From Candidatus Bathyarchaeota archaeon (GTDB lineage: Archaea > Thermoproteota > Bathyarchaeia > 40CM-2-53-6), in the NCBI GenBank assembly GCA_005888635.1, contig VBAW01000016.1:133859-197858 (forward strand): DNA of 64,000 bases, in the 5' to 3' direction. This document shows, piece after piece, positions 10,037 to 19,384 of this stretch; the stretch's first letter is position 1; each line of letters opens with the position of its first letter. The notes under the pieces were generated by a model. That model was not told the origin of the DNA and did not search any database. It saw only the letters and a program-made list of their open reading frames with translations. A program made the position numbers and the translations under genes.

Positions 10037-10994
10037 CTATCTTATCTTCGCAACCAGAGCGGGCTTCGTCTTCGTGCTCTTCGAGATGGATCTCCGGTCT
10101 ATGAGGTCTGCTTCCCAAGCTCCTGTTCCTATCAAGCTGACTGGAACGCCGGTGTCTTTTTCTATCTTCGATACAAAGTCCCGTCCTTCTTTTGGCAGAT
10201 TTGAGTACGTTCACGTCCAGTAACCGTGCCGTGTTCCATCCAGCCCCGTCTAAGAACTTCTTCCCTGTCCAGTTGTCCTTCGAGAGGTCCCTCTCCTACT
10301 CGAGTAACGTAGGCTTTGAAAATAATCATCACATCATCGACATCTGTTGGGCCGATTCCAACATCCGCACATGCTTGAGATGCAGTGACGTCCTTTGACG
10401 TAACATACGGATACGTTCCATGGTACAGACTCAAGAATGTTCCTTGAGTCCCTTCAACCATCACATTCCGACCTTTCGATAGTGCTTGGTGAATCTCAGC
10501 AACTGTATCAGTGACATAGGGTCTCAAACTGGTTTCTTGTCTGGCCAATTTCACCATACGGAGCGCTCTTTCTGCATTGCACGCCCCTACTCCGCTCTTG
10601 GTTGAGCCGATCTTGTTCGAGAGATGTTCAGATTCGCACTCCTGAGTCTTATGCCGCTCTTCCAGCATTGCGCATTGATAGTCGACGCTGATTCTATTCT
10701 CAGAGTCAGTTTCCTTGATCTCATTTAGGAGAATCGCGGTTTCTACCGGCACTCCCGCGCCTATCATCAGACGCGTAGAACGACTTACGAACCCGCTAGG
10801 CATGAGTCTAAGATGATACTCTTTCCCATCGTGAAAGACGGTGTGACCTGCGTTCGGTCCGTTTCCTCCTCTAACGCATATGTCGGGTTTGTCCTTTAGG
10901 GCCAGGTAGGCAGCTATCTTGCCTCTAGGGGACGATTTGCATCGTCTTTCCCTTCGTCCCCAAAGAAACCCCCGACGATTACGGTACAGGGCAA
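10037..10994 (-). pseudogene. purA: Adenylosuccinate synthetase, archaeal short type. Contains a 23-nt intron (10925-10947) and an apparent frameshifting internal deletion near 10208
   Basis: TTG start MPCTVIVGGFFGDEGK|GKIAAYL, GPNAGHT, EGTQG, YPYVTS, GTVTGRER; C-terminal YSNLP...GVPVSLIGTG lies in another frame. Confidence 0.9.
10925..10947 (-). other. Bulge-helix-bulge type archaeal intron in purA mRNA
   Basis: AGGG-AA^A-GACGAT-GCAA-ATCGTC-CCCT-AG^A; removal restores GAA GGG AAA GGC AAG and the reading frame. Confidence 0.85.
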
Positions 10995-11133
10995 TTGGAT
11001 TTCCGAGGGGGATGGTACGGAGGTTGAATAAAACTTTGGAAGTGATTTTTTTTCTCGATTACAGCCTAAAGAGACTAATGACTGTCTGTTAATGGTCGGC
11101 CAAAAAATCCGCCCATCTAGCCTCTGAGTTGCG

Positions 11134-12570
11134 TTATGGATCGTGGGAGTGTTCGTAGCCTGGGACTGGATGCGGCAGGTACGGGAAGACGGTCAGGAAG
11201 GGACTTGTGTTGGGCGGTTGTATCGGGCTTGAGTCTACCCCGTCTCCTACGAGAGCTGCTGCTCCATCGGGAGTGAAGCTTGGGTCTACTAGTGGTAGGG
11301 TTACTCCTGCGATTGCCCGAATTTCGATATCGATCACGTCGTCTCCTACTCGTCGTCCGTTGGGGAATCCTGCGGCGTCTCCCGCTATGAGGCCAAGACG
11401 ATTCGGGCTGGTCGTGTTGGGTTGTATTGCCATGTTGAGCCGCAGATAATCTGCTTGGACACTTCCTGTGAAGTTTTGGAAGCCGGGCACAATTCCCGAA
11501 GGTATGCCTGTCAACAGGATAGCAACGAGGTCCGCTCTGGGTTTGCTGTATCCTGCTAAGTTGGGGAAGATCCCAGGGTAAAGGATCGGTAAAAGCTTCT
11601 GGAGTTCTGGAGTCTGGTAGTATTGCAGGAATTGAGAGTCAAACCGTGGGTTCACTGTGTTCCACACGTCCTTCTTCCCAAGTGGAATTATCACTTCGTT
11701 GATGAGTGGCATTCCGAGCCGAGACACCTGTGTGAATGGTCCTGTTTGGATGCCGGGAGATGTGTCCTCGTCAAACTGGCCGTTGTCATCGTCGTCTCCG
11801 TCGCCGGGTAGGATTGTGGCTTTCCTTCGGCTCGCGGAGGCCCATATTCCCACCACTGAATTCTTGTTCAACGGATCTGTTGAATTGGAACCGTCACTTG
11901 TCAACTGTTTCTTCGAGACTTGAAGTGCGATTGTGTGAACGCTGAACCCTTTGGTTGTGTCCACTCCTGGAGCTGCTGGCGTAGGGATGAGGTGTAGGTT
12001 CTGAAAGGGTCTGAGTGTCGCCAGGTCAAAAATGGACCCTAGGTCAACGTAGAATGCTTCGTCTCGTTGTCCAGCGAAGACCGTCGAGTTGTCATTGAGA
12101 ATGTTAACGGCCGCATTTGCTAGGTCGGTATAGTTGGGGGTGGATCTCGGGCCAATGTTTACGGGAGGTGTCGAAAGTTTCGTGCCCAACACAGTTGGAG
12201 TTCCGCTTCGTCTTGGTCCCAAGACCTTCGTAACGGAATAGAACTGCTTGACGTTCCATGAGGAGTCTGTTAGGGAACTGATCGGTCCTGTGTTGTACAG
12301 GAAGGTATCAGGGTTCCCGATCTTCGTTTTGAACTTAAACTGATACGTGACATCTTCGATTCCGTCCCCATCGTTGTCAACCATTATTTCGTACAGTACG
12401 TCGTCTCCAAAGGTGTTGAAGTTGGGTCCGCCTGCTGGCTCTTCCAGTGGAATGTAGTTGGCGAGGATTGTGACCGTGTCAGGTTTGTCTGGGCTGACGA
12501 ATGCGTACAGATCCGTATTGTCAGCAACTGGATCTTTGGAGATCTTAGGAGCTTCTCGATGAGATGTCAC
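11134..12570 (-). CDS. DUF4331 family protein (no signal peptide)
   Basis: SHREAP, DNTDLYAF, FAGQRDEAF, QVSRLGMPLINEV, GFPNGRRVGDDVIDI. Confidence 0.9.
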   Translation of the reverse strand: MTSHREAPKISKDPVADNTDLYAFVSPDKPDTVTILANYIPLEEPAGGPNFNTFGDDVLYEIMVDNDGDGIEDVTYQFKFKTKIGNPDTFLYNTGPISSLTDSSWNVKQFYSVTKVLGPRRSGTPTVLGTKLSTPPVNIGPRSTPNYTDLANAAVNILNDNSTVFAGQRDEAFYVDLGSIFDLATLRPFQNLHLIPTPAAPGVDTTKGFSVHTIALQVSKKQLTSDGSNSTDPLNKNSVVGIWASASRRKATILPGDGDDDDNGQFDEDTSPGIQTGPFTQVSRLGMPLINEVIIPLGKKDVWNTVNPRFDSQFLQYYQTPELQKLLPILYPGIFPNLAGYSKPRADLVAILLTGIPSGIVPGFQNFTGSVQADYLRLNMAIQPNTTSPNRLGLIAGDAAGFPNGRRVGDDVIDIEIRAIAGVTLPLVDPSFTPDGAAALVGDGVDSSPIQPPNTSPFLTVFPYLPHPVPGYEHSHDP

Positions 12571-12574
12571 GAAT

Positions 12575-12886
12575 CTATTCTCCTGCGCTCATTTTTTCAG
12601 CGATGAGTGCTGCCAGACCCGAGTCCTTGGTCTTGACGATGGTCTGTCCGTTCATCACGGTGACTTGGTCGCCGCTGACGGTGGCGACAATTGGTTCGGA
12701 GCTTTCGTTTGCAGCGGGCGTCTTCTTCGAAGGTTGCCCTGCGGGCAGGGGGATCTTGCCCATAAGCGCGGTAGCTCCTGCGGCAACGGCAGCGACCCCT
12801 ACTCCGAACTTCAGGAATTCTCTTCGTGAAACCTTCTTGTTCTGGTTATTCTCAGATTCGTTCTCTACTCTTTCTTCTGATGTCAA
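12575..12886 (-). CDS. Small twin-arginine signal protein
   Basis: SRREFLK followed by a hydrophobic h-region. Confidence 0.8.
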   Translation of the reverse strand: MTSEERVENESENNQNKKVSRREFLKFGVGVAAVAAGATALMGKIPLPAGQPSKKTPAANESSEPIVATVSGDQVTVMNGQTIVKTKDSGLAALIAEKMSAGE

Positions 12887-13006
12887 TAGATTTCGGGCGG
12901 TTCTTGTCTATAATCGCACTTAACGGTTTTTCCAGATTTCGCCGGATTCTTTCCATATTGCACTGGGAGATAGATGCAGGCTTCGTAAGATCAGTCGAAC
13001 GGCTTC

Positions 13007-13315
13007 CTATTTCCAGGTAACTCGAAGGAGGTTCGATATAGCTAGTGCTTCACCGACATTGACCAGTAGCATGTAGAACGATGCTTGGTCTACCAGAGTC
13101 GTTGCGGAGCTGACGTTGACGTTCTGAAACAGAAATAGCCAGAACACCAATATCGACAGATTGAGGATGACGAAGAAACTTCCGAAGAGTACCAGTCCCA
13201 GCGTGAAAGAGGATCTGATCCTGCGATAGGTTCCGATGTAAATTGCCAACAGCACGAGCGTCATTGCGATGTTCGCGAATGCGACGATAGCGCTAGCCCA
13301 CAATGCAAGGGACAA
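13007..13315 (-). CDS. Small membrane protein (3 TM) partnering an ArsR-like regulator
   Basis: Hydrophobic; YRRIRSSFTLGL motif. Confidence 0.75.
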   Translation of the reverse strand: MSLALWASAIVAFANIAMTLVLLAIYIGTYRRIRSSFTLGLVLFGSFFVILNLSILVFWLFLFQNVNVSSATTLVDQASFYMLLVNVGEALAISNLLRVTWK

Positions 13316-13326
13316 TTCTTTTCGAT

Positions 13327-13749
13327 TTACTCCTTGGCCGTTGCGCTTATCTTTCTTGTTCCAATTCTACTCCAAATCTCATCAAGGATTGGAAGGGCCT
13401 CTTCCATTTTCGCTGTCAGGAAGAGAACAGCGCCGTAGCTTCCTTTGTTCACAAGGGAGACTAGACCATTCTCCTCTAGTATCCTAACGTGATGCTGGGC
13501 TGTCTTGTAGTCCACTCGCAGAGTCTCTGCTAACTGATTCGCATTACAGGGACGATTCTGGAGAATTTTGATTATTTCGGCTCTGTTGGGTCCGCCTCGA
13601 GTGCCACCCAGCAGATACCAGAGCAACCGTCTGAGATATTTGTCCTGATTCGGTGAGCTGGACTGAGTGTCTCTGACTTCCGCGATCAGAACGGGGGTTC
13701 TGTGCAAGACTTCCGACACTTTGAGGGGCAGTTGTGGGATCCGTATCAT
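13327..13749 (-). CDS. ArsR-like winged-helix regulator
   Basis: LWYLLGGTRGGPNRAEII, NANQLA, DYKTAQHHVRILEENGL; true start probably further downstream. Confidence 0.85.
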   Translation of the reverse strand: MIRIPQLPLKVSEVLHRTPVLIAEVRDTQSSSPNQDKYLRRLLWYLLGGTRGGPNRAEIIKILQNRPCNANQLAETLRVDYKTAQHHVRILEENGLVSLVNKGSYGAVLFLTAKMEEALPILDEIWSRIGTRKISATAKE

Positions 13750-14057
13750 AGATATGATTCTCGAGGGATTGCTGGGAATCTTTTGAAGTCCCCCTTTCTA
13801 ATTTGCGCTGTTATAATGGTTCCCGACGCACTTCATGAAAAATGGCGGGATGAAGAACAGGGTCTTAGCTTTGCTAGGGACTGTGCTTGGGCGGGCTTTT
13901 CTTGATTGATGTCAGCCCGCCCTGTCGATCGTCATCGCGTTGGCTGAGAACGCTCCGGCATATTTCAGCGGAAATTCATCATTCACCATTGGCAACACCA
14001 GTCCGGGGATTTAACGTGTGTGACGACATGGTTCATCGCAGAGGGGATGATAGTCGA

Positions 14058-14948
14058 TCAGACTCTTGCCTTCCCACAGAGTCCGCAAAATACTCCGCCG
14101 GAGTCCATTTCACCTCCACAGTAGGAGCATTTCGTCTCTCCCGTGGAAAAACGCACCCCCACTACTTCGTCCTTCTCGTATCTTCTCGCATACCACATTG
14201 CCCCCTCGATCAATATTATCATGGGAATGAACAGCGCTATGTCGGCCAATGGTCCTCCGTCTGGAGAGGCCAGTGCGGTGCCGACCAGGGTGACCGCCCA
14301 GACGTATTTTCTATTCTTCCTCAAGACACTTGTTCCAACGACGTGCAGTTTCACCAACAGGACGAAAATGACAGGTATCGTAAACGCGAATCCAGAGACT
14401 ACTAGAACGAAGAAGATCAAGTTGTAGAAGTCGTCCGCGTAGATGTAATTGGAAAATCCGACGAATCCGAAGAATGATAGTGAGAATATGAAAACGAAGG
14501 GCAACAATACAAAGAATGCGAAGAGTGCTCCCGCGACGAAGAGCACGGAGAAAGCCGCGACAAATGGATAGAGAGACTGGCGCTCGCTAGGTTTTATCGC
14601 GGGATCAACGAATTTGTAAATCTCATACGCCAATACAGGAACGCTCGCAGCAAAACCGAACACCGCTGCCCCGACCACTATTATTTCCAAAGGAGCAGTA
14701 ACGGTGCCTCCGATCAGAAAATACTGGGGAGGCAACAAGCTCTCCCTGATTCCAAGGAGGACTGCAGTGATTAGCGGTTTGTAGATCTGAAATGGATTCT
14801 GGTAGACTGATACAGGGTCAGCAGGAAAGACGAGGAAAAATAGTGTTGCACCGAGGAAGGCGTAAATCCATATTTTGATCCGGCGTGAAAGCTCGTTAAT
14901 ATGGTCCCATAACGGGAGAACTTTCTCGGTTTCGTTAGGGTCGGACAA
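14058..14948 (-). CDS. tatC: Tat translocase subunit TatC with C-terminal double zinc ribbon
   Basis: PLWDHINELSRRI, YEIYKFVDPAIKPSER, ASPD; tail CSYC..CGLC. Confidence 0.92.
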   Translation of the reverse strand: MSDPNETEKVLPLWDHINELSRRIKIWIYAFLGATLFFLVFPADPVSVYQNPFQIYKPLITAVLLGIRESLLPPQYFLIGGTVTAPLEIIVVGAAVFGFAASVPVLAYEIYKFVDPAIKPSERQSLYPFVAAFSVLFVAGALFAFFVLLPFVFIFSLSFFGFVGFSNYIYADDFYNLIFFVLVVSGFAFTIPVIFVLLVKLHVVGTSVLRKNRKYVWAVTLVGTALASPDGGPLADIALFIPMIILIEGAMWYARRYEKDEVVGVRFSTGETKCSYCGGEMDSGGVFCGLCGKARV

Positions 14949-15096
14949 AGATCAGTTTTTTCCCCCGTAACCTCTGAGGAGTCCCAACATTGCGTTTTCA
15001 GTAACCTTGTGCCTGATTCGGATTGTCATTAAGAGAAACATTACCACCGGTAGAAATCTGGGCTTGGGCCGAGTCGTACGATCTACTGGCTCTGAG

Positions 15097-15381
15097 TTAC
15101 TTTTGCGCCAATCTCACGATTTCGTCGGAGATTTCTTGGCGGGTCTTTCCTTGAGTGCTGATTCCCAGTTTCTGTGCTGTATCAATAAGAGAGTCGGGAG
15201 TTGACACTATTGTCGAGGAGCTCGACGTTGGTTGCATCAGACCTTTCGATGCGTCATCGAACTCCTTTCGAGCCTTGCCGATTGATCTCGCCAGTTCCGG
15301 TATTTTCTGCGGTCCCCAGATCAGTATCACAGCTAGTACGCCTAAGATGAGCAGTATCTGAAACGGATCACCGATGGCCAT
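15097..15381 (-). CDS. tatA: Tat translocase subunit TatA/E
   Basis: TM segment then WGPQKIPELARSIGKARKEF. Confidence 0.92.
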   Translation of the reverse strand: MAIGDPFQILLILGVLAVILIWGPQKIPELARSIGKARKEFDDASKGLMQPTSSSSTIVSTPDSLIDTAQKLGISTQGKTRQEISDEIVRLAQK

Positions 15382-15492
15382 ATGATTTCCTTGCTATCTC
15401 GGAAACAGTTCCCAGCTTTAACTGTTTACCATAATCATTACCAAATGATCATCTGAGCTCGCGAAAGCTTATGCGTCGCTCGGATTTCTCGA

Positions 15493-16260
15493 TTGGAAGG
15501 TCGTCGATCGCTGAAAATTGTCGTCTGTGTGCGTCGTGTCCCGGACACGGCAGCCCGTATCAGAATAGCTTCTGATGGAAAGTCGATTGATACTTCGGAT
15601 GCTGAATTCGTAATAAACCCTTACGAAGAATATGCTCTCGAGCAGGCCGTGCAGCTCAAGGAGAAGCATGGGGGTGAGGTCACAGTCGTTACGTTGGGTC
15701 CAGAGAAGACGACCCAGGTCATCATGAAGGCACTTGCCCTCGGGGCTGATAAGGCGGTTCATCTCAAGGTGGACAAGATCCCTGAAGACCCTGGCTCAAT
15801 TGCAAGAGCGATCGCTAACGAGTTGAAGGGGTCGGAATTCGATGTCCTTCTTTTCGGAAAGAAAGGCGTCGACGATGACAACCAACAGGTCGGCCCCATG
15901 GTCGCAGAATTGTTGGGGATTCCCTGCATAACCCAAATCGTCAAGCTAGATGTATCCGACGGAAGAGGGGTTGCGCACAGAGAAGTAGAAGGAGGATCAA
16001 TAACGGTGGAAACGACCCTTCCCGCAGCGTTTACCGCAGAAAAGGATCTGACTGTTCCTCGCTACGCCTCTCTCAGGGAGCTTGTAGCCGCAAGAAAAAA
16101 GCCGATTATCGTAAAGGACGTCCAACTACGGGCACTCTCTCTCGAGATCATTTCCGTCCAAAATCCTCCCCCCCGCCCTCCGGGAAAGATAGTTGGAAAA
16201 GGGGTTGATGCAGTCCCCACACTAGTGAAGCTCTTGCATGAAGAGGCCAAAGTGATCTAG
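15493..16260 (+). CDS. etfB: Electron transfer flavoprotein beta subunit (FixA-like)
   Basis: KIVVCVRRVPD, INPYEEYALE, ALALGAD, PRYASL. Confidence 0.95.
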   Translation: MEGRRSLKIVVCVRRVPDTAARIRIASDGKSIDTSDAEFVINPYEEYALEQAVQLKEKHGGEVTVVTLGPEKTTQVIMKALALGADKAVHLKVDKIPEDPGSIARAIANELKGSEFDVLLFGKKGVDDDNQQVGPMVAELLGIPCITQIVKLDVSDGRGVAHREVEGGSITVETTLPAAFTAEKDLTVPRYASLRELVAARKKPIIVKDVQLRALSLEIISVQNPPPRPPGKIVGKGVDAVPTLVKLLHEEAKVI

Positions 16261-16263
16261 GCA

Positions 16264-17247
16264 GTGACAGGAGAAGTTCTAGTTCTTGCAGAGTCATCAG
16301 GACCTGCCTTCCGCAAAGCTGCCCTGGAAGCGGTCACCGAAGGAAGAAGACTTGCGGATCTTCTCAGGGTGAGTGAGATTGTTCTAGCAATTGGAAACGG
16401 CTTGAAGGATCCCGCGAGTGAGCTCGGAAAGTATGGAGCCGACAAAGTGATTTTGGCAGATGACCCTTTATTGGCAATCTTCCACCCCGATTATTATCGA
16501 CAGATAGCGCTAGAGGCAATCAAGCGAGTTAACCCAAGCATTATTCTCGCTGCGGCAACTTCTACGGGAAAAGACTTGGCGCCACGATTGGCGATTCACC
16601 TAGATACAGCTGTTGCGAGTGAGTGCACTCATTTGGAGATGGAGAACGGGAAGCTCATAGCGACCCGGCCTGCTTATGCTGGCAAGGTCTTGCTCAGAGT
16701 CAAAGTCAACAGCTCGCCCAGCATCGCAACTCTCCGACCAAATGTCTTTACCGCAAGAGAAGCCGTACCTGGAAAGAAACCGACAGTCGAGCAAATCGCG
16801 TTCAATCGACCGGATTCACGGATGATTGTGAAGGAATTCGTTACTCAAGGGGCGAAGAAACTAGATCTCACAGAGGCCAGCGTTATAGTTTCGGGCGGCC
16901 GGGGAATGGGTGGACCCCAGAATTACAAGATTCTTGAGGAATTGGCTGAGGTCATGGGCGGAGTTGTCGGAGCATCAAGAGCCTCTGTGGATGCCGGTTG
17001 GAGGCCTCACTCAGACCAAGTTGGCCAGACAGGGCGTACTGTTTCTCCGATGCTGTACATTGCCGCGGGCATTTCAGGCGCGATTCAACACCGCGTAGGA
17101 ATGATCAACTCTAAGGTTATCGTCGCGATCAATAAGGATCCGGAAGCTCTCATCTTCGGATTCGCGGACTACGGCATTGTCGGAGATGTTTTCGAAGTGG
17201 TCCCAGCGCTTACGCGCGAAATGAAAGCGTTCTACGGAAAAACGTGA
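16264..17247 (+). CDS. etfA: Electron transfer flavoprotein alpha subunit (FixB-like)
   Basis: SGGRGMG, GASRASVDAGW, QVGQTG, GISGAIQH. Confidence 0.96.
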   Translation: MTGEVLVLAESSGPAFRKAALEAVTEGRRLADLLRVSEIVLAIGNGLKDPASELGKYGADKVILADDPLLAIFHPDYYRQIALEAIKRVNPSIILAAATSTGKDLAPRLAIHLDTAVASECTHLEMENGKLIATRPAYAGKVLLRVKVNSSPSIATLRPNVFTAREAVPGKKPTVEQIAFNRPDSRMIVKEFVTQGAKKLDLTEASVIVSGGRGMGGPQNYKILEELAEVMGGVVGASRASVDAGWRPHSDQVGQTGRTVSPMLYIAAGISGAIQHRVGMINSKVIVAINKDPEALIFGFADYGIVGDVFEVVPALTREMKAFYGKT

Positions 17248-17260
17248 AGACTACGGGTTC

Positions 17261-17611
17261 TCATTCCATATGGGATTTGAGAAACCGCCCGATTTCCTGA
17301 CTCAAGGGGCTTCTCGAGACGTCAATGACGGGCATCTCCATGTTACCAGCCTTCACGTTGTGGCTGAAATCAGACATGGGAGCGAAGCTGATCGAGGCAA
17401 TGTAGAGTTCACCTTTCGCGTACTCTTCAGGCATCTCAGGAGGCGGAATCGGCTGAGAGACGAAGACGACTCCCTCACACCAATTTAGAAGAATGGGTTG
17501 CCCCATTTTCATGATGATGGCAAGAGAGTTCACTAGCTGCTGAGGGTTGTCGTATTTGACGAGTTCGCGGACAACAACCCGCTTCAGTGGTTCATGGGCT
17601 ATTTCGACCAT
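17261..17611 (-). CDS. Conserved archaeal-type hypothetical protein
   Basis: ATG at 17611, MVEIAHEPLKRVVVRE..LNWCEGVVF. Confidence 0.7.
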   Translation of the reverse strand: MVEIAHEPLKRVVVRELVKYDNPQQLVNSLAIIMKMGQPILLNWCEGVVFVSQPIPPPEMPEEYAKGELYIASISFAPMSDFSHNVKAGNMEMPVIDVSRSPLSQEIGRFLKSHME

Positions 17612-17679
17612 TGACGATTCAACTTCACGCTCGGAGGTCTGCGAGTGGCCTATTTGTTGGTTAAGAGGATTTGGGATAC

Positions 17680-17973
17680 TTATCCGAGCTTGAAAGCGAC
17701 TCCTTTTCCGCCTGAGGGATATTTCCAGCTGATCGCGCCAGCGCCGATCTTGTGACACACAATCAAGCAAGCCCCTGTCTCCATGCATCCCTCGGTGTTG
17801 TAGTTCAGCTTCTCCTTCCAGGCGTAGACTTCGGCTGGGCATATGTAGAGACATGGTTTTGATTCGCAGTGATTGCATTTGTCGGTATCGACTACGATGA
17901 ATGGTTCTGCGTCCTTCGCAAAACTTACGAGCGCCAGCCTCTTGTCAAGCGTTAGGGATTCTTCAGTGGGCAT
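17680..17973 (-). CDS. fixX: FixX-like ferredoxin
   Basis: CNHCESKPCLYICPA, GCMETGACLIVC, WKYPSGGKGV. Confidence 0.9.
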   Translation of the reverse strand: MPTEESLTLDKRLALVSFAKDAEPFIVVDTDKCNHCESKPCLYICPAEVYAWKEKLNYNTEGCMETGACLIVCHKIGAGAISWKYPSGGKGVAFKLG

Positions 17974-17975
17974 CG

Positions 17976-19256
17976 TTAGAACGTCCTTGCTCCTCTGATC
18001 AAGTCGCGTATTAGAGTGAATATTGAGACTCGGCCTTTCGCCTGCAATCTCACTTCCCTGGAGATCTTTCTCTTTCCCGTTCCATCCACCCGGTAGACTG
18101 CCTCGGCGGCTGAGCACACGAGTTCTGGATAGACCGTGTATAATCGCCTGTTCCTTAGATACGCCGGGACACGGTGGAAAGTGTACATGTCTTTGAGAGC
18201 TGGGTCTTCATGCAATTTTCTTTCGAACACCTTCAGGGAGTTCGCTGAATAGTCTTTCTTCTTTCGAGCTTCCAAAACAGTTTGAGCCGCGGCGACCCCG
18301 GCTTGAATAGCCATGTCGACTCCTCGGAACGTGTAACCGTTGTTCAGGAGATGGCCCGCCGCATCTCCCGCAACAACCATCCCATCGGTATATGGACGGC
18401 TGAGCATTTTTGGGCCGGCTTCAGGGATCATATGCGCATCGTATTCGACAGTCTTTCCTCCTTTGATGAAGCGCTGCACCTTTGGGTGTTCTCGGAGTTT
18501 CTCCATGAAGCTGTAGGATTGAGTCTTCTGTGAGGAAACATCGTCTCCCCCAACAACCATGCCGAGCGCTAAGCTGTCTTGGTTTGTGTAGAGGAACCCT
18601 CCGCCTCGGAGTCCTCCCGAGCACGCTCCGATAAAGACATGGGCCGCTCCCTGGCCTGGTTCGAGACCGAGACGTTCCTCTATCTTCTCGCTCGGCAGCT
18701 CTATAACGTCCTTTACTCCCATGGAGATTTGGCTCGGTTCAAGCATCGATGCGAGACCCGCTCTCCGTGCTAGCCCAGTCGTCGTCCCGTCGCAGGCGAT
18801 GACCACATCTGTTGGGATCTTGTCTTGGCCAGCAACGATTCCTCTTACACGACTGCCGTCCATGATCAGGTCGTCGACTCTGCTTTCGGTAATGAGGGAC
18901 GCTCCCGCCTTTTCCGCCTCCTCAGCTAGCCATTTGTCGAACTTCGCTCGCTTCGCTGTAAAACTGCCTTCTGCATCCTTAGACTCGAATTCGAAGGAGA
19001 ACGCATTGTCTGAAGTCATAAATGTGATACCCTCCTTTCGCACAAAGCGTTCGACAGGGGCATCCTTCCATGAGTCCCCAAGAAGTTTCTTGAGGGCATA
19101 CGAGTATATTCTTCCTCCAAACACGTTCTTTGATCCTGGAAAAGTTCCCCGCTCCACGAGCAAAACCTGAACTCCCTCTCTCGCAAGTGTAATTGCTGCT
19201 GCGCTTCCAGCCGGACCTGCGCCGACTACGGCGACTTCGAAGCCTTCAAGTGACAT
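17976..19256 (-). CDS. fixC: FixC-like ETF-quinone oxidoreductase flavoprotein
   Basis: VVGAGPAG, ERG..GSKNVFGG, GGGFLYTN, AGDAAG, RGVDMAI. Confidence 0.92.
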   Translation of the reverse strand: MSLEGFEVAVVGAGPAGSAAAITLAREGVQVLLVERGTFPGSKNVFGGRIYSYALKKLLGDSWKDAPVERFVRKEGITFMTSDNAFSFEFESKDAEGSFTAKRAKFDKWLAEEAEKAGASLITESRVDDLIMDGSRVRGIVAGQDKIPTDVVIACDGTTTGLARRAGLASMLEPSQISMGVKDVIELPSEKIEERLGLEPGQGAAHVFIGACSGGLRGGGFLYTNQDSLALGMVVGGDDVSSQKTQSYSFMEKLREHPKVQRFIKGGKTVEYDAHMIPEAGPKMLSRPYTDGMVVAGDAAGHLLNNGYTFRGVDMAIQAGVAAAQTVLEARKKKDYSANSLKVFERKLHEDPALKDMYTFHRVPAYLRNRRLYTVYPELVCSAAEAVYRVDGTGKRKISREVRLQAKGRVSIFTLIRDLIRGARTF

Positions 19257-19384
19257 TGTTGGCGCTCCGAGGTTATTCGGGAGTTTATTTCAGTTTGAGT
19301 CTAAGCCTTGGCTGACGAGACTCGATACGTTTCATTAGTTGACTCGCAGCAAAGGCAGCCATCAGCTGTCCAAACGAGTGTGCA

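Noticed and set aside
13830..14405. ORF 13887-14405 and the GGGCGGGCT/AGCCCGCCC hairpin
   Set aside because: The ORF is antisense to tatC with no motifs; the hairpin alone does not support a call
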